Assembly: GCA_951406725.2 (NCBI GenBank)
Contig: OX597818.1
Location: 108,748,001 to 108,812,000 of the forward strand
Origin: Octopus vulgaris
Lineage: Eukaryota
DNA length: 64,000 nt
Direction: 5' to 3'
Shown here: positions 25,240 to 38,270 of the stretch, in pieces
Numbering within the stretch: the stretch's first letter is position 1
How the letters are laid out: each line of letters begins with the position of its first letter
Translations under genes and position numbers: made by a program
The notes under the pieces: model-generated
What the model was told of the DNA's origin: nothing
Database searches by the model: none
The model's input: only the letters and a program-made list of their open reading frames with translations

Positions 25240-25520
25240 GACGGGAGATGGTGTGTCCGGTTGTGGCTGATCAGTCTCATGTGTACTCGGAGGGCTTTGC
25301 TACAGGTCAGGCACAGGGAAGTCTCCTGGGGCTGAGGGCAGGCAGTTGGCTCTGGACCTGTGCAGTTTGTGTTTTTTCTTTGTGACCATGACCCTGCAAT
25401 GCTGTTCTGTTCAATGAAGGTGGCCCCTCTGTTGCTGCAGCTTTGCCAGGTAGGGTGGTATTGTGCTTGTAGAGTATGAATAAAAACAATATCAATGAGA
25501 GTTGCTGCAGTGGGCAACCA
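25240..25520 (-). mobile_element. RTE (BovB-like) LINE C-terminal fragment with C2H2 finger
   Basis: CLTCSKALRVHMRLISHNRTH. Confidence 0.65.
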
Positions 25521-26484
25521 TTATCAAACATCAACTCTAACAGGTAACAACATACAAAATGACATACACCTCTACATACAATACAACATGACATACATTT
25601 GTGTACTCACCTTGAGATACAATAACACTTTTCACATGACACCTAATTAATTCAATCATTTATGAATGTAATAACAAATTCTTAATCACCTCCCAAATAC
25701 TATAAAACATTTCACAATGACTATTACTTATATCATATTTCTACAAGCCCAGCATTCTTACATTCGAAATGGCATCAAAAAGATGCGAATTTCACTTTAG
25801 AAATTACAATGAGTTTATCCTACAACATTTGTGGACTCTCTGCAAACTCTAAATAATTCTCGAAAGATGTATTATTCTCTCGATGCACAACCTTCAGGAA
25901 GTTCATTCAATAAGTACTCTTTATTGCACATCTTCCAAGTGCAGGCCATTATTCAGGTGTTACTGCAATTCTCTATTTTACTGACATTGTTTCTCTTTAC
26001 AAACCAAACCTTGACTACAGTCATTTCTCAACACACACACACACACACTCAAACCGATACTTGGTTAGTGGTTATTTAAATATCATCTAAATCATCCCAA
26101 GATTACATTGGATAATGTCCTAGGCAGAGGCAGGATGGTCACAATTGAAGTTCTTAGATCAATGGGGGAAGTTCAACAAAGGCCCAGAGTTTGTATATAC
26201 CCTTGTCTCGATATCACACAAGGGTTGTAAATGTGCACTGTTGCTATACAGACGAGTGTTTTCATTTCCAGTCTTCAGTGAAAAACAGGTCTAAGCATTA
26301 GTTAGTTCTCCTCCGTGTCATGAGGCACATAAGACTGCAACACAATCTCTCCAGTGTCCATGTTTAGTGAAGCATTACCTTGCTGAGTGTTGGTGACAGG
26401 AATGGCATCCAGTTGGAGGAAATTTGCTTCAACAAATTCTGCTTGACCCATGCACGCATGCGGATGTGAAATGATGAGCTGATA

Positions 26485-26848
26485 TCTCTCTCTATAAATA
26501 TAAACGGCAAAATGTGTGTGTGTCCTTTATACAAATCCACAATTTTTCAGGTAGAGGGCTCACACTTTCTATGGTCATTCAAAACCGTCCAAGGGTGGTT
26601 GTGCACATATTTACATTTCCCCAGTCACCCCGCAAAGCCATTAAAAAATCAATAGAAGTGACTTTTTTGTGAATTTTCTATCAAAAACCCAATCAAAATG
26701 CCCGAAACTTGATACGCCAATTGAATGCTAGCTAGCTGTATGTGATTGGTCGGAGATTTCGACAGTACTCGCATGTATGTGCGCACGCACGCAGCTGTAT
26801 ATGCATGCACTAGCACTATGACCCGGTGTTGCCGGGTCACAGTGCTAG
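26485..26848 (+). mobile_element. Non-autonomous Helitron
   Basis: 5' A|TC start, subterminal hairpin gacccgg-tgttg-ccgggtc, 3' CTAG|T end, no TSD, CpGs retained. Confidence 0.8.
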
Positions 26849-26854
26849 TATGCT

Positions 26855-27220
26855 TTAACATTTACTTGTTTCAGGCATAAAACTGCGATCATGCTGGAGC
26901 ACTGCCTTAAAGCATTTTAGTTGAACACACAGAACTCAGTACTTATTGCATTGGTCTCTTTTGCTGAAATGCTAAGTCACAGGAATGTAAACTCCTCAAG
27001 ACTGGTTGTCAAGTGGCACACAAACACATATACATGCATATATATATATATATGGCAGAATTCTTTCAGTTTCCCTCTACAAATCTGTTCACAAGGATTT
27101 GGTTGGTCCAAGGCTGTAATAGAAGACACTTGCCCATGGTTCCACACAAGGGAATGTGGAATTAACCGAGATCCATGTGGTTGGAAAACAAACTTTTTAC
27201 CACACAACCACACCACATGC
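26855..27220 (-). mobile_element. SINE family A
   Basis: Reverse-complement family sequence. Confidence 0.75.
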
Positions 27221-27834
27221 ATAGACACACACACACACACAGCATGAAGGCAGGAAAGCATTAAACTTCACACTCAGCTGTGAACTTAATGCCAATTTCT
27301 CTTTTCTTCTAAATATTCATTGTCCTCAAAGGATTGTTTTAGTTGATTATGCATATTAAATGCAAACTGCCTCACCTGGATTTATTGCAATGTAATAATT
27401 ACCTGTTGGAGTTTAACGACCTCTTATTAACTAAGTTTTTAATCACTGTGGATATACATTTTTTCAATGTTTTCTGTATCATCATCCCCTTTCATAAGAA
27501 CACACACACTATAGAGTGCAGGAATACAAACCAGTGCATAAACCAACATAAAAAGGTGTCTCTATGAGGTTGCTCGCTTTACAAGAAATAGCAGCTTAAC
27601 CCTATTGTCTTAAAACAAGAAGGACTAATTATATAGTGAAGTCCTGCCATTGACCATTGGGTATGCTTAATCAGGGTTGTCCTGTGGCTAAACAACAAAC
27701 AGGCACTGCATAGTACCGCATGTACACACATACTAATACAAAATAAAACCTACTAACACACAAAGAAACATTCATTAACAGTAGACAAACAACATTATGA
27801 TTGATAAGAACACATGCTCACATACACTAAAACT

Positions 27835-28150
27835 GGTGCTCCGTCGGTTATGATGATGAGAGTTCCAGTTGATGCAATCAACAGAAAAACCTGCTAGTGA
27901 AAATAGCATGCAAGTGGCTGAGTACTCCATAGACACACATACCCTTAACATTGTGTTCAAGGTGATTTGGTGTGACACAGAATGTGACAAGGCTGTCCCT
28001 GGGAAATAAAGGTGCGACTCATTTTTGCCAGCTGAGGGGATTGAAGTACTGTGAAATAAAGTGTCTTGCTCAAGGACACAATGTGTGGCTGGGAATTGAA
28101 CTCATGACCATGAGCTGAATACACTAATCAGTCAACCACTTGCCTTCCCT
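27835..28150 (-). mobile_element. SINE family D-related
   Basis: Reverse complement of the 24930-25090 body plus a tRNA-like head near 28090-28145. Confidence 0.65.
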
Positions 28151-28739
28151 GCACACACACACACACATATATATGAAAAACATGCATACATACAGAAATG
28201 AACTTATAATAATCACCCAGTAATATCTCCTCACAAGCCATAGATGAACACACACAGCAAAGTAAAAATAGCCATCAAAATACCAAGACCGTTTTAGAGG
28301 CAGTTTATGTTTTGTAAAGAAATGTTACAGCAGCTGTAAACTAAACCACACACACACAGAATACATGCAGAATGCGGCAGCATTTTAGAGGGTGCAACAT
28401 CGGCAATAAATGCAAGATGGGTGCACAAGAGGCAAGATATTTTACTTCCTTCATGCAACTTAGTCAATATTCTACAAAATAATTGCTGCCGATAATGGCA
28501 GTGCCAAGTTTGAAGCAAAGACGGAAAAAAATTTAAGCATGAGAAAAAGAAAAAAAAAAACAAACAACAACCACAATAAAACGATACAAACAAAAACAAC
28601 AACAAAAAAAAATACAAATGGAAAATAAGGTGACATTTAATATTATAATGGATGAGTAAGAGATAGAAGAAGAATGAGTGACGTTAGATATGTGTGAGAG
28701 AGAGAGGGGGGGGATAGATGTGCAATGGTAGGTGACAGC

Positions 28740-29730
28740 ACTCAGATACTGCAGTGGCGGATGGTGGTGGTGGGGGGGGGGCGATCTTGCTGATTGTTTT
28801 CATGGGCAATGTCAAGAGTGGTGTCTGTTGGTAATGGCTGCAGTAAAGGTTGGGATTTCGGTGGTGCCGCTGGTCTTAATGAATCAGTGGTAACGATGAC
28901 GATTGGCGATTAGGGTTTCTATTGTCGTAGTCAAAGATGAGAAGGAAGATAGCCATGGTTGGTGGTGATGATGATGATGATGATCCTGTAGGCAATGTTA
29001 TTCGTGGTGGTGGTGGTGAAAATAGAGGACTGATGGTGTTAATGATAGTCATGGTGATGGTGGTGGTTGTGATGGTATCAGAGATGGCGAGGGTGGGGTG
29101 GTTAGAATAAAGGTGTTGATGACGGTGTTGGTGATGATGTTGATAGGGGGTAGTGGTAGTGATGTTGATAGTAGGGGGTAAGGTGGTGTTGATGATGATA
29201 ATGGTGAGGAAGGCAATATGTGGTGATGATTGCCATGAGGATGGTATCAAAGATAGGAGTGTTGATTGAGTCAGTAATAGCAGTGGATGGTGATAGCAGT
29301 GATGGTTGCAATGATATTAGTGATGATGATGGTGATGGTTGCAGTTGTAATGCGTGGGTGGTGGTGGTGGTGATGGTTGCTGCAGTTTCTAGCAGGTCAA
29401 GTAAATGTCTTGTAGGTCCCTCACTTGTGTCAATGATATGCTGGCAATGGTGGGGGGGTTGGGGGTGGGGTTGGGGAGGCTGGTTATTGTTACTAAAGTT
29501 AATTGCAGTTCATTACGGTGGTAATGACAATACATATGGAGACTTTCAATTAGAAGAAATTAATTGTCAGTATCAACACTGCCATCGACCACTCAACCAC
29601 CACCACCACCACAACTACTGCCAACACACACACAGCACCTTCTCCATCCTCAACAATGCTACAAAGATCAATACCAACAACAACAACAACAACAACAGAA
29701 CCAACATTGCAAAATTCCACCCACCGACAC
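28740..29730. repeat. Degenerate trinucleotide low-complexity tract: (GGT/GAT)n then (CAC/CAA)n
   Basis: Visible directly; source of spurious poly-H/T/N ORFs. Confidence 0.85.
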
Positions 29731-30489
29731 CCAAAACAATCACGAAATAAGCTTTAGTTACCAATTAACTAATCCACCATCTTAACCGGAAGCTGGGTTT
29801 TTTTTTTCATATTTTTTATATATATTTTAAATGCAATTGAACATTATTTCCATTTATTTCATTTTATTCATATTTTCTTTTCTACATTTTCTTGGTAACA
29901 TATTTTCCAGTTATGATTTTCACAAAATTGTGTATATTTATATGTTTATTTATTTATTTATTTATTTATTAGACTGCTTTTAGTGTAGATAAAATAATTA
30001 AAATATAAAAATGAATCAAAAGTCAGGGAGGTGAATAAAAGATTAACAAGATTTTTAATTGTTTTAAATGAGTTACAAAACAGTGACATATTAATTGGAG
30101 AGGAAGCTTACAACAATGAACACAATTGAAAATTCTATTAACTGCAGTAATACTGATTTCTCCTGACAAAGCAGCTACAAAGCAGATTTTATACGGAGAA
30201 CAACCACAAAAACAAAAGACAAAAAAAAATTGCGTGAAAACCACCCAATAATGTTATTCATAATATGAGTCAATGAAAGAACCCCTACTTGGTCATTTGT
30301 TATACTAGAAATGGCAGCTTAGTCACCAGCAAACCTGGTTCTATGGTCTTAAATAAAGGAATGGCACACTGAGTAATGTAATCCTAGATATCCTTAAAAA
30401 AAGATCAACCAAGTTATCATGGCTGGATTGTCTTTGATCAGAGGCTTCCTTAATCAAGGACCACAGTAGTTATGGTTTTTTTTGTTTTT

Positions 30490-30780
30490 AAAGCCTGTTA
30501 TTTATTCTATTAGTCTCTTCTTGCTGAACTGCTAGGTTATGGGGATGTAAACAAACCAACAGCGGTTGTCACATACTGCTGGGGTAAGCACAGACTGAAA
30601 GACACATGCACACAAACATATATGGCAGGTTTCTTTCAGTTTCTGCCTACCAAATCCAAGTCACTGGTCGACCCAAAGCCATAGTAGAAGACACTTGCCC
30701 AAGGTGCCATCCACTGGGATTGAACATGGAGCCATGAGATTGGGAAGCAAGCTACTTACCACACAGCCACACCTGCACCA
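30490..30780 (-). mobile_element. SINE family A
   Basis: Reverse-complement family sequence. Confidence 0.8.
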
Positions 30781-30989
30781 TATATGTGTATATATATATA
30801 ATTGTTAAAGAGGACAACAATTATCGGCTGCATTGGAAACCAGCAATGGCTCCATAACTATTGTCTTGGCTATAGCCTTGGAGCCCTAGTAATCTGTTAC
30901 AGCACTTACCTAGCGTACCTAATTTAGTTTAGATCACCTGTGAACCAAACCCCCATAATTTGTATGTACATACATATATGTATATATTG

Positions 30990-32470
30990 ATAGAAATGGT
31001 AAGACAACAAAAGAATGAAAGAGACCTTGATATTATGTAAATAGAGGAATTTATCTGTAAATATACTATGTGACAATTATTCGGTAGCCATAAAGAGAAT
31101 GGCACATTAAGTAATGTATTCCTAGATAGCCCTAAAAAAAGATCAACCAAGGCCAGGTTCAACAATCACACCTTGAGCTTCAGGCACTGGGATAAAAGGA
31201 AAACGACCAAATTATCCAGTCATATATGGTCCCTAAAAGAAAAGGGTGTCAACTATAACATCCTTTGGAAGATCTTAGTCAAGTGTAAGCCCTACACCAA
31301 CAGCAGTGGAAAGTGCGGTCTTTGTGATATGGAAAGATGGCTCATCTAGAAAAACAGCTTAGACCGCACTACATGTCTGAATTCAAGAACTGAACTTTTC
31401 GGGTCATGACCATACGTGGCTAAATTTTTGTTACGTTTTTGGTCCCGCTAAGATTACAGATAGGACTTGCTTTCTATACTGTGTCCACGTACAAGCTTTT
31501 CATCTCTATATACTTTTTACTTAGATTTCTTATATATTTTTTATATATATTTATAGAGATATTGTTTTATAGGTTTATTGCTCATATATTTTTTACACAT
31601 TTTTTTCTGTATTCTACCTTCCACCCTGCATTTTCCCTGTGCATATATAGATGTGTATATGGAATCCTTTGTGCGTGCATGTAGATGTGTGCATATATGT
31701 GCATATATAGACATGTGTGTGTGCGTGCATGTGAGTATGTGCGTATATAGACGTATTTTACTATTATTGCTTATTTTTACACATTTTTCTGTATTTTGCC
31801 TTAAGCTTTGTTTTTTTTTCTTGTGCATGTGTGTCTATAGACGTGCATATGAATCTTTTTTTGTGCACGTGTGTGTGAGTATATAGATATGTGTGTGTGT
31901 GTGTATGCATACGGGTATGTGTGTATATGGGTGTGTTTTATTCTTATTGCTTATTTTTTTATACATGTTTACACATTTTTCTGTATTTTGCCTTTAGCCC
32001 TGTTTTTTCTTGTGCATGTGTGTATATAGACGTCTGCATGGACCTTTTTTGAGCATGTGTGTGTGTGTGTGCAAACATGTATGCGGGTATGTATATTTTT
32101 TGGCGAATGTGTGGATGAGCATGTGTGTTTCAAGTGAGGGTGGATGAGAATATACATATAGGTGCATGTATGTGGGCGTGCGGGTGTGCATGTATAGCTA
32201 TGGACATGCACGCTTACGCGAATACTATGAACATTTATACTCTCTTACCTTTACGCCCACCCTTCACTTAGCGATGATTCTAATAGCTCTTTTGTCTTAA
32301 TAACGGTCAATCACACAGTAATTTCCCTTTGTTTAACAGTCATTTTCATAGCATTTTTTCGATGGCCGGATAACTGAAGAGATGGCGGTGTGGGTTTCCG
32401 CCCCGACATCCGAAACTCGGAGTTTTATCATGGCTACCGAATAATTGTCACATATTATATTTACAAATAT
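30990..32470 (+). mobile_element. Truncated Penelope-like element: inverted terminal piece, GIY-YIG endonuclease C-terminal half (31149-31451), repeat-rich 3' UTR and hammerhead
   Basis: KARFNNHTLSFRHWDKRKTTKLSSHIWSLKEKGVNYNILWKILVKCKPYTNSSGKCGLCDMERWLI*...LNSRTELFGS*PYVAKFLL; ~31056-31091 is the reverse complement of ~32430-32465. Confidence 0.88.
32363..32436 (+). ncRNA. Type-I hammerhead ribozyme motif in the Penelope terminal repeat
   Basis: UGGCCG-GAUAA CUGAAGA GAUG-GCGG..CCGC..CAUC C GAAAC UCGGA GUU UUAUC-A-UGGCUA. Confidence 0.8.
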
Positions 32471-32700
32471 ATATATATATAAGTATATGAAAGAATGCGT
32501 TCAACTCCATTCTTTCATATACTTATAATTTTAAATTAAACATACAAATTTCTGCACGAAGACACATAGTCTATGCCCTAGGGACGTAGCTTCAACCGTG
32601 TTCTTTCTGATGTGAATTTGCTAGCCAGGTATTGGTTATCTTTCGAATTATCCTTAATAAGATAATTCATTCAACTACTCAAATATATCTATATATATAT

Positions 32701-32821
32701 CATTGAAAACACTTGGAGTGAACAAGAAGGAGTATGGCTGGACATTTATTTTTCAATTACTATACAAATTGAAAAATAAATGTCTGACCGTTCTCCTTGT
32801 TGACTCCAAATGCTTTCAATT
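32701..32821. repeat. Fold-back inverted repeat (~57 bp arms)
   Basis: attgaaaacacttggagt...gacatttatttttcaatt / aattgaaaaataaatgtc...actccaaatgctttcaat. Confidence 0.8.
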
Positions 32822-32954
32822 ATCTATTCACACATGACAGAAACCTAAACACAAACCTGGAAGAACGTATAATACTACTGCTGGATAGGCCAGGGTAAAC
32901 CTGAAGGTGGATGAGCTTTATACTGTTCTCTACTGTGTTCTTTATAGAATATAA

Positions 32955-33105
32955 CATCTCTCTATTTCCACATGTTCCTTTCTGTCGAAGAGTGTAGGCT
33001 CAAAACATAAAAGACTTTCTCACTTTACCGAACGTCAAACTAATACACCTGCTTGTTGTTTATACACCTGTCTTTGTCTTTTTTTTTCCTGCAAATTTCA
33101 ACTAT
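32955..33105 (+). mobile_element. Copy of the CUGUCGA hammerhead-like repeat family
   Basis: Matches the 15876, 16301 and 48383 copies; core decayed. Confidence 0.7.
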
Positions 33106-33107
33106 AA

Positions 33108-33812
33108 GGGTAGGAGTGGCTGTGTGGTAAGTTGCATGCTTACAAACCACATGGTTCCGGGTTCAATCCCACTGCATGGCACTTTGGGCAGGTGCCTTCT
33201 ACCATAGCCTCAGCCAACCAAAGCCTTGTGAGTGGATTTGGTAGACGGAAACTGATAGAAGCCTGTCATATCATCATCATCGTTTAATGTCCGCTTTCCA
33301 TGCTAGCATGGGTTGGACAAATGACTGAGCACTGGTGAACCAGATGGCTGCACCAGGCTCCAATCTTGATCTGGCAGAGTTTCTACAGCTGGATGCCCTT
33401 CCTAATGCCAACCACTTCGAGAGTGTAGTAGGTGCTTTTATGTGCCACCGGCACAAGGGCCAGTTAGGTGGTACTGGCAACGGCCATGCTCAAATGGTGC
33501 TTCTTATGTGCCACCTGCACTGGCAACAACCTCGCTCGAATGTTTTCTTTCACGTGCCACCAGCACAAGTGCTAGTAAGGCGATGCAGGTAACGATCATG
33601 CTCGAATGGTGTTTTTAACAGACAAACAAACATATGTATGTACAACAGGCTTCTTTTCAGTTTCCACTTACCAAATTTACCAATAAAGCGTTGGTTTGTT
33701 GCTTCAGGGCTATCGTAGAAAACACTTGCCCAAAATGCAAAATCCAGTGAGACTGAACCTAAGACTACATGGTTGGCAAGCCAGCTGCTTAACCACACAG
33801 CCACGCCTGTGC
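33108..33812. mobile_element. SINE cluster: A (+) 33108-33270, C (-) 33270-33615, A (-) 33640-33812
   Basis: Family sequences; the two A copies are inverted relative to each other. Confidence 0.8.
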
Positions 33813-33987
33813 CTGTCGGACCATTTGACCACTTGTTACACATCCACATATTGCATGACACCTTCAAAATTGTATGGCACTTCAAGAGAGCTGGAGAGTT
33901 TGAGTTGTGACAGCTAACTATCCTTGGCATAAATAATAAAATAATAATCTTGAGCAAGTCTCTTCGTGTCCTTCACTCAACAAAAGA

Positions 33988-34265
33988 TCATCATCATCAT
34001 CATCATTGTTGTCGTTGTCGTCTGGTCAAGCTTGCTCAGACATTTTGAACGCACACACAACATCCATCTCAGTCCTGCATTAGTTGAGGGAGGTCTTTGG
34101 GGGAGGCAGCCAATGTCTCTGGTGAGTTGATCTCATGTGTGGTGTTCGCTTGAGTACGGCCATGCTTTAGCATCCCTAGCTGTAAGTCACTTGCCAGCTC
34201 CTTTTTGGCTCACCAGTAATGTCCCACAAAGTGCAGCCATCTTTCTCTTGTAATGACGGAAACAG
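33988..34265 (-). mobile_element. RTE-clade LINE 3' end with (GAT)n tail
   Basis: RERWLHFVGHYW*AKKELASDL...QLTRDIGC..DLPQLMQD. Confidence 0.75.
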
Positions 34266-34399
34266 AAAATAAACCTTACAAAACAATTGCTCTCTGCAAC
34301 ACCTTAATTTTGTTGCTCATCTCTTTGGCCACAAAGCTCGATTACCAGGGAAATTATTTCCTCAATACTGTTTCTCTACCCTTGTATGGTTTGGTGAAA

Positions 34400-34830
34400 G
34401 CAATGACATTATGGAACCCTTCGACTGTTTCAGGCATCGGAACCACCAAACTGAGTCGACTGCCAATGGGCTTTATTTGTTGGGACTGGAAACTTCTTCC
34501 ATCCTATCAGACCACCACAGCAAGTCATTAACACACATTCTATCAAAATTAGTTGTGTCTCTTTGTTTGGTTATATGAGACACACTTGAGCCCTGGTACA
34601 TTAAACAAGCTGTTTGGTGTCCCCTTTCACAGTATCACTCTTATGCAGCAGTCTTCAGCACACACGGGTCAATGTAGACACCAACTAGTTGCATACCATC
34701 ACACCCCAGGCCTGACTACTGCAACAATCTCCTGTTATCATCCTTTTTACAGCTTACTCTATCTACTTCATAAATCCATTCCTTGCAGAATGTCAGCCTC
34801 CTTGAATTATCTTCATTTCTAAGGTTTTAT
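34400..34830 (+). mobile_element. Highly decayed L2/CR1-like RT C-terminal remnant
   Basis: PDYCNNLLL (resembles RLDYCNSLL), followed by LQN. Confidence 0.4.
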
Positions 34831-35699
34831 TGCAGATATCGACTTACAGACGTTTAAGCTGAAGATGAACTTCATTGATCTCACAACAACTGAATGGGAC
34901 AGAGAGAGCAAAGATCAAGGGCAATAAACCTTACTCCAGGCTAAAACATGCTACCTTACTGTCTACCAGTAGTTATAAACTACCTCATTTCTATGAATGA
35001 TTTTAAACTATATATAAGGAATAACACTCAGATGGAGAATCTAAAAGAAACTGTTTAGGAAATCTAAGATGTCAAAATGAATACAGCATTGAATAGATAT
35101 ACTATTAAGTGAGATTTAAACACTGAAACCCATCAAAACTACTCATACAAGTTCTTTGGAAACGGATGGAAATGAGTGGATGTAACATGCAGAAATTAAA
35201 GAGAAAATTCAGACTAATATATATATAATGCCAGAAGTAAGATAATCTGTATGATGTTGTAGTTGGCATTTAGTTGTTTTTAAAAACTAACCATCCTAGA
35301 CATAACTACAGCTTTAGTACAACTCTAACGGTTAGCGAAAATATTTAGAAGCCAAAGAAATAATGTTGTTAATAAAATTAAAGACAGGGTTGGGGGAAAA
35401 AGAAAAGATGAAAACATAAAAAGTTTTCTGTACATAGAAGAAATCAATAAATAACTAATTAGAAGCTAATTACACACAGGAAAGACTTAGATAAGGATTA
35501 AGCAACATTGAAGATTGAGAAATAATATATGCATTCAAAATGGAACTTCAAAATATATTACACAAAAAAATATTAAAACCTAAAAATGGTTCAAAAGCTC
35601 CGAACCCAAGAAGAAATGGAATGAGTGATTTTGGCAATAGAGGATCAATCCGTAGCCACGTGATACAGTCAAAATAAAATGATAAATGAATTAATGTTA

Positions 35700-36027
35700 A
35701 CTAGGTGAGATAAACATCAGAGATGCTTTGCCCCATGCAGAAAGGGCAGGAGCAACTCAGAGCTTTTGCTGGCTTTCCATCAAAATCCGTTGCAATGCTG
35801 GAAATCCTTCCATAATGTCAACAGGTTCACAAGCGTTTTTCCCCTTAACCTGTATGCTCCACATGAGTGGGGCAGTGAGTACTAATCTAGTCTTCACCTA
35901 TGGAAGGGTTCCATTTGCAGTCTCTTATCAACCATAGCTATCTTGAGCTAGTTTCAGCTGCTGTGCCTATTTCCTTAACGGCTTTCTTTGGTCGTCTGGG
36001 TTCTAGTCCTAGCTTCTGCAAGAAATT
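35700..36027 (-). mobile_element. Hero/NeSL-type RLE non-LTR retrotransposon 3' end
   Basis: NFLQKLGLEPRRPKKAVKEIGTAAETSSR*LWLIRDCKW resembles the AAExSSxWLWLxR terminus. Confidence 0.7.
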
Positions 36028-36574
36028 TCAGCTTATGTAATCAGCATTGAGAAACATTTGACCACTTTTCTGGTTACACAGCACAAAGACAAAACATATT
36101 GTCAGACATGATCAAACATTATATACAGACACTTCTAGATTATTGTTTACACCACAGCAGTGTTTTCTCTATATAAATCTAATCCTGTTAAAAACTACAA
36201 CCATTTTTATAAAATGAAGTTAGTCCAATATAAAAGTGATAAAAATATAACTATTGCATAAATTTGGAGGAAACTGGCTAAATATGATATAATGATTGTT
36301 GGTGTACGTCAGTGACACCCAACTATTTTTAACCTATGGACTCACTTGATTCCTTTTTTTCTCTACTGGACCCCTAGAGCCATTTGATGTTTAAATAAAA
36401 TTCTCATTTGATTTTTATAATTAAATATTATTAGCCAGAACCGTCGGACTGGCCCTTGTGCCAGCATGGAAAGCAGATGTTAAACGATGATGATGATATT
36501 AGGGATTGTAGAAACCACTCCGAAAGTGTAGTGGGTGCTTTTTTATGTGCCACCAGCACATACACCATTGCCAT

Positions 36575-37300
36575 TGCTGTCATCATCATCATCATCCTTA
36601 GATTTCCATTTTCCCACACTTGGTTGGATGGCTTTAGCCAGCACAATACCTTTCTGCTTGGGTTTTTTTCTGTCATTATTTATGTGGGGGTCAGCTTCCT
36701 CATTACTTCTTTTCTGTGCCTTGCTTGTTATTCCTCTTCCACAGGTTCCTTCCACTTTGATTGCTAAACACTTCTTTAGCCAATTGTCATTGTTTATATG
36801 CATCATATGTCCACACCAGTGTGGTCCTGTTTCTTACACACTAAATCTGATTGTACAGACCTCGTAGTTGAGAGAGGGAACGGAACTAGGGAAAGTGGCT
36901 GTGTGCCAGGCAAGAGGTTACAGTATGATAAAAGACACATCATTTGTGCCACACAACTTTATAAGCTTTGATCCTTTTTTATTCTGTCATAACAACAGCC
37001 AACATGTGCATCAGAATAATGTTACCCAACATGTCTACTAACATCATCCTCTCTAATAACAAAGTCCTAGCCATCTGTTGTAGAGGTAATCTGTAAAAGG
37101 GACTCGTTAAAAGGGTCCACTTTGTTCATCAGTCAGTCCTGATTGTAATGTAGAGTTCACTGTTGCTGTCTTATACCCTCTGACTAGTCTGTATCCCAAT
37201 TATCTTATCCCTCTACAACAATATGCCAACACTACCAATTCCATTACTGTTACCTACCCAGGATTTCTACCCAGTATTTGTTTATCATAATTCTCAAAAC
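36575..37300 (-). mobile_element. RTE LINE remnants (3' end and APE-endonuclease fragment)
   Basis: NWLKKCLAIKVEGTCGRG plus (GAT)n tail; WVGNSNGIGSVGILL. Confidence 0.6.
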
Positions 37301-37319
37301 TGGCTGATTGTTAGAGATT

Positions 37320-38270
37320 CTGTTTGACAATGACCAAGTTCTCAGAGCTGAATCTGCTGAAGAAATTGATAAATTCCAAAAGTGAAAGAAAAGCCTAAAG
37401 TAAACTTAGCAAAACCAAGTGTTTTAGTTTACAGAAAAGAAGACAGGACTCTGCTGCCATCTGGGAAATGGCTGTAATTGATATGCAAGAAAGAGCAGGT
37501 TAGAATTCTATATGATGCACTCATTGTAAATTATGGATATACAAGAGTGTAGTGAATTCAGCAGGATGGCAAAGCACTTTGTATATAACAGATGCAGGGA
37601 AGTGTTTGGCAGTGGATAAAGTACCCAAGAGCTGAATTCTTTTAGATGCCATAAAGGCTCCCTAAAGGTAACTGATAGCATCTATTAATGAGGTAATCTA
37701 ATTAGTAGTGGTGGTGATGGTGGTGCTCCAAAAGCATGGAGGAAGAAAGAGGTGCATGAAGTTTGGGGAGCCATTAATTCTGCTGGTAATAAAAAGTTCC
37801 TCCCTCCTCAAAATGAAGAGAAGAATGTATGATGTTTGTGTATGAAGTGCAATGTTGCAAGCTAATGAAACATGGATATTTAATGCAGAGAATGTGCAAT
37901 AGCTAGAAAGGAAAGGAAGAAGGCAAGCACACACCATTGGACACATGTAATATTAGTGAATGTACATGAGGGAACATAAATGAGCTGAGATAATCTAGCT
38001 ATAAGAAGGATCAGCAATAGCATGCTAGAGCTTGTATGGTCATGTGGTGCGTATGAAGGCTGAGAGCTGGGTAAAGAAGTGCTAAGCAATTGAAGTAGAA
38101 GAAATCTGCGGAAGAGAAAGACTGAGCAGGACATACAAAGAAGTGATAAAAGCTGATTTCAATGGGCAGGAGATGATAAACAACCAGAATAAATGGTGAG
38201 ATTCTGTGTAGGACAAAATCTGTCTAACCCATACAAGCATGGACAGAATGGGATCTAAATTGGTAATGGA
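37320..38270 (+). mobile_element. Decayed RTE LINE (post-RT region with Cys/His insert)
   Basis: LKVNLAKP, LLPSGKW, CTHCKLWI, RMYDVCV*SAMLQANETW, GHVVRMKAESWVKKC. Confidence 0.75.
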
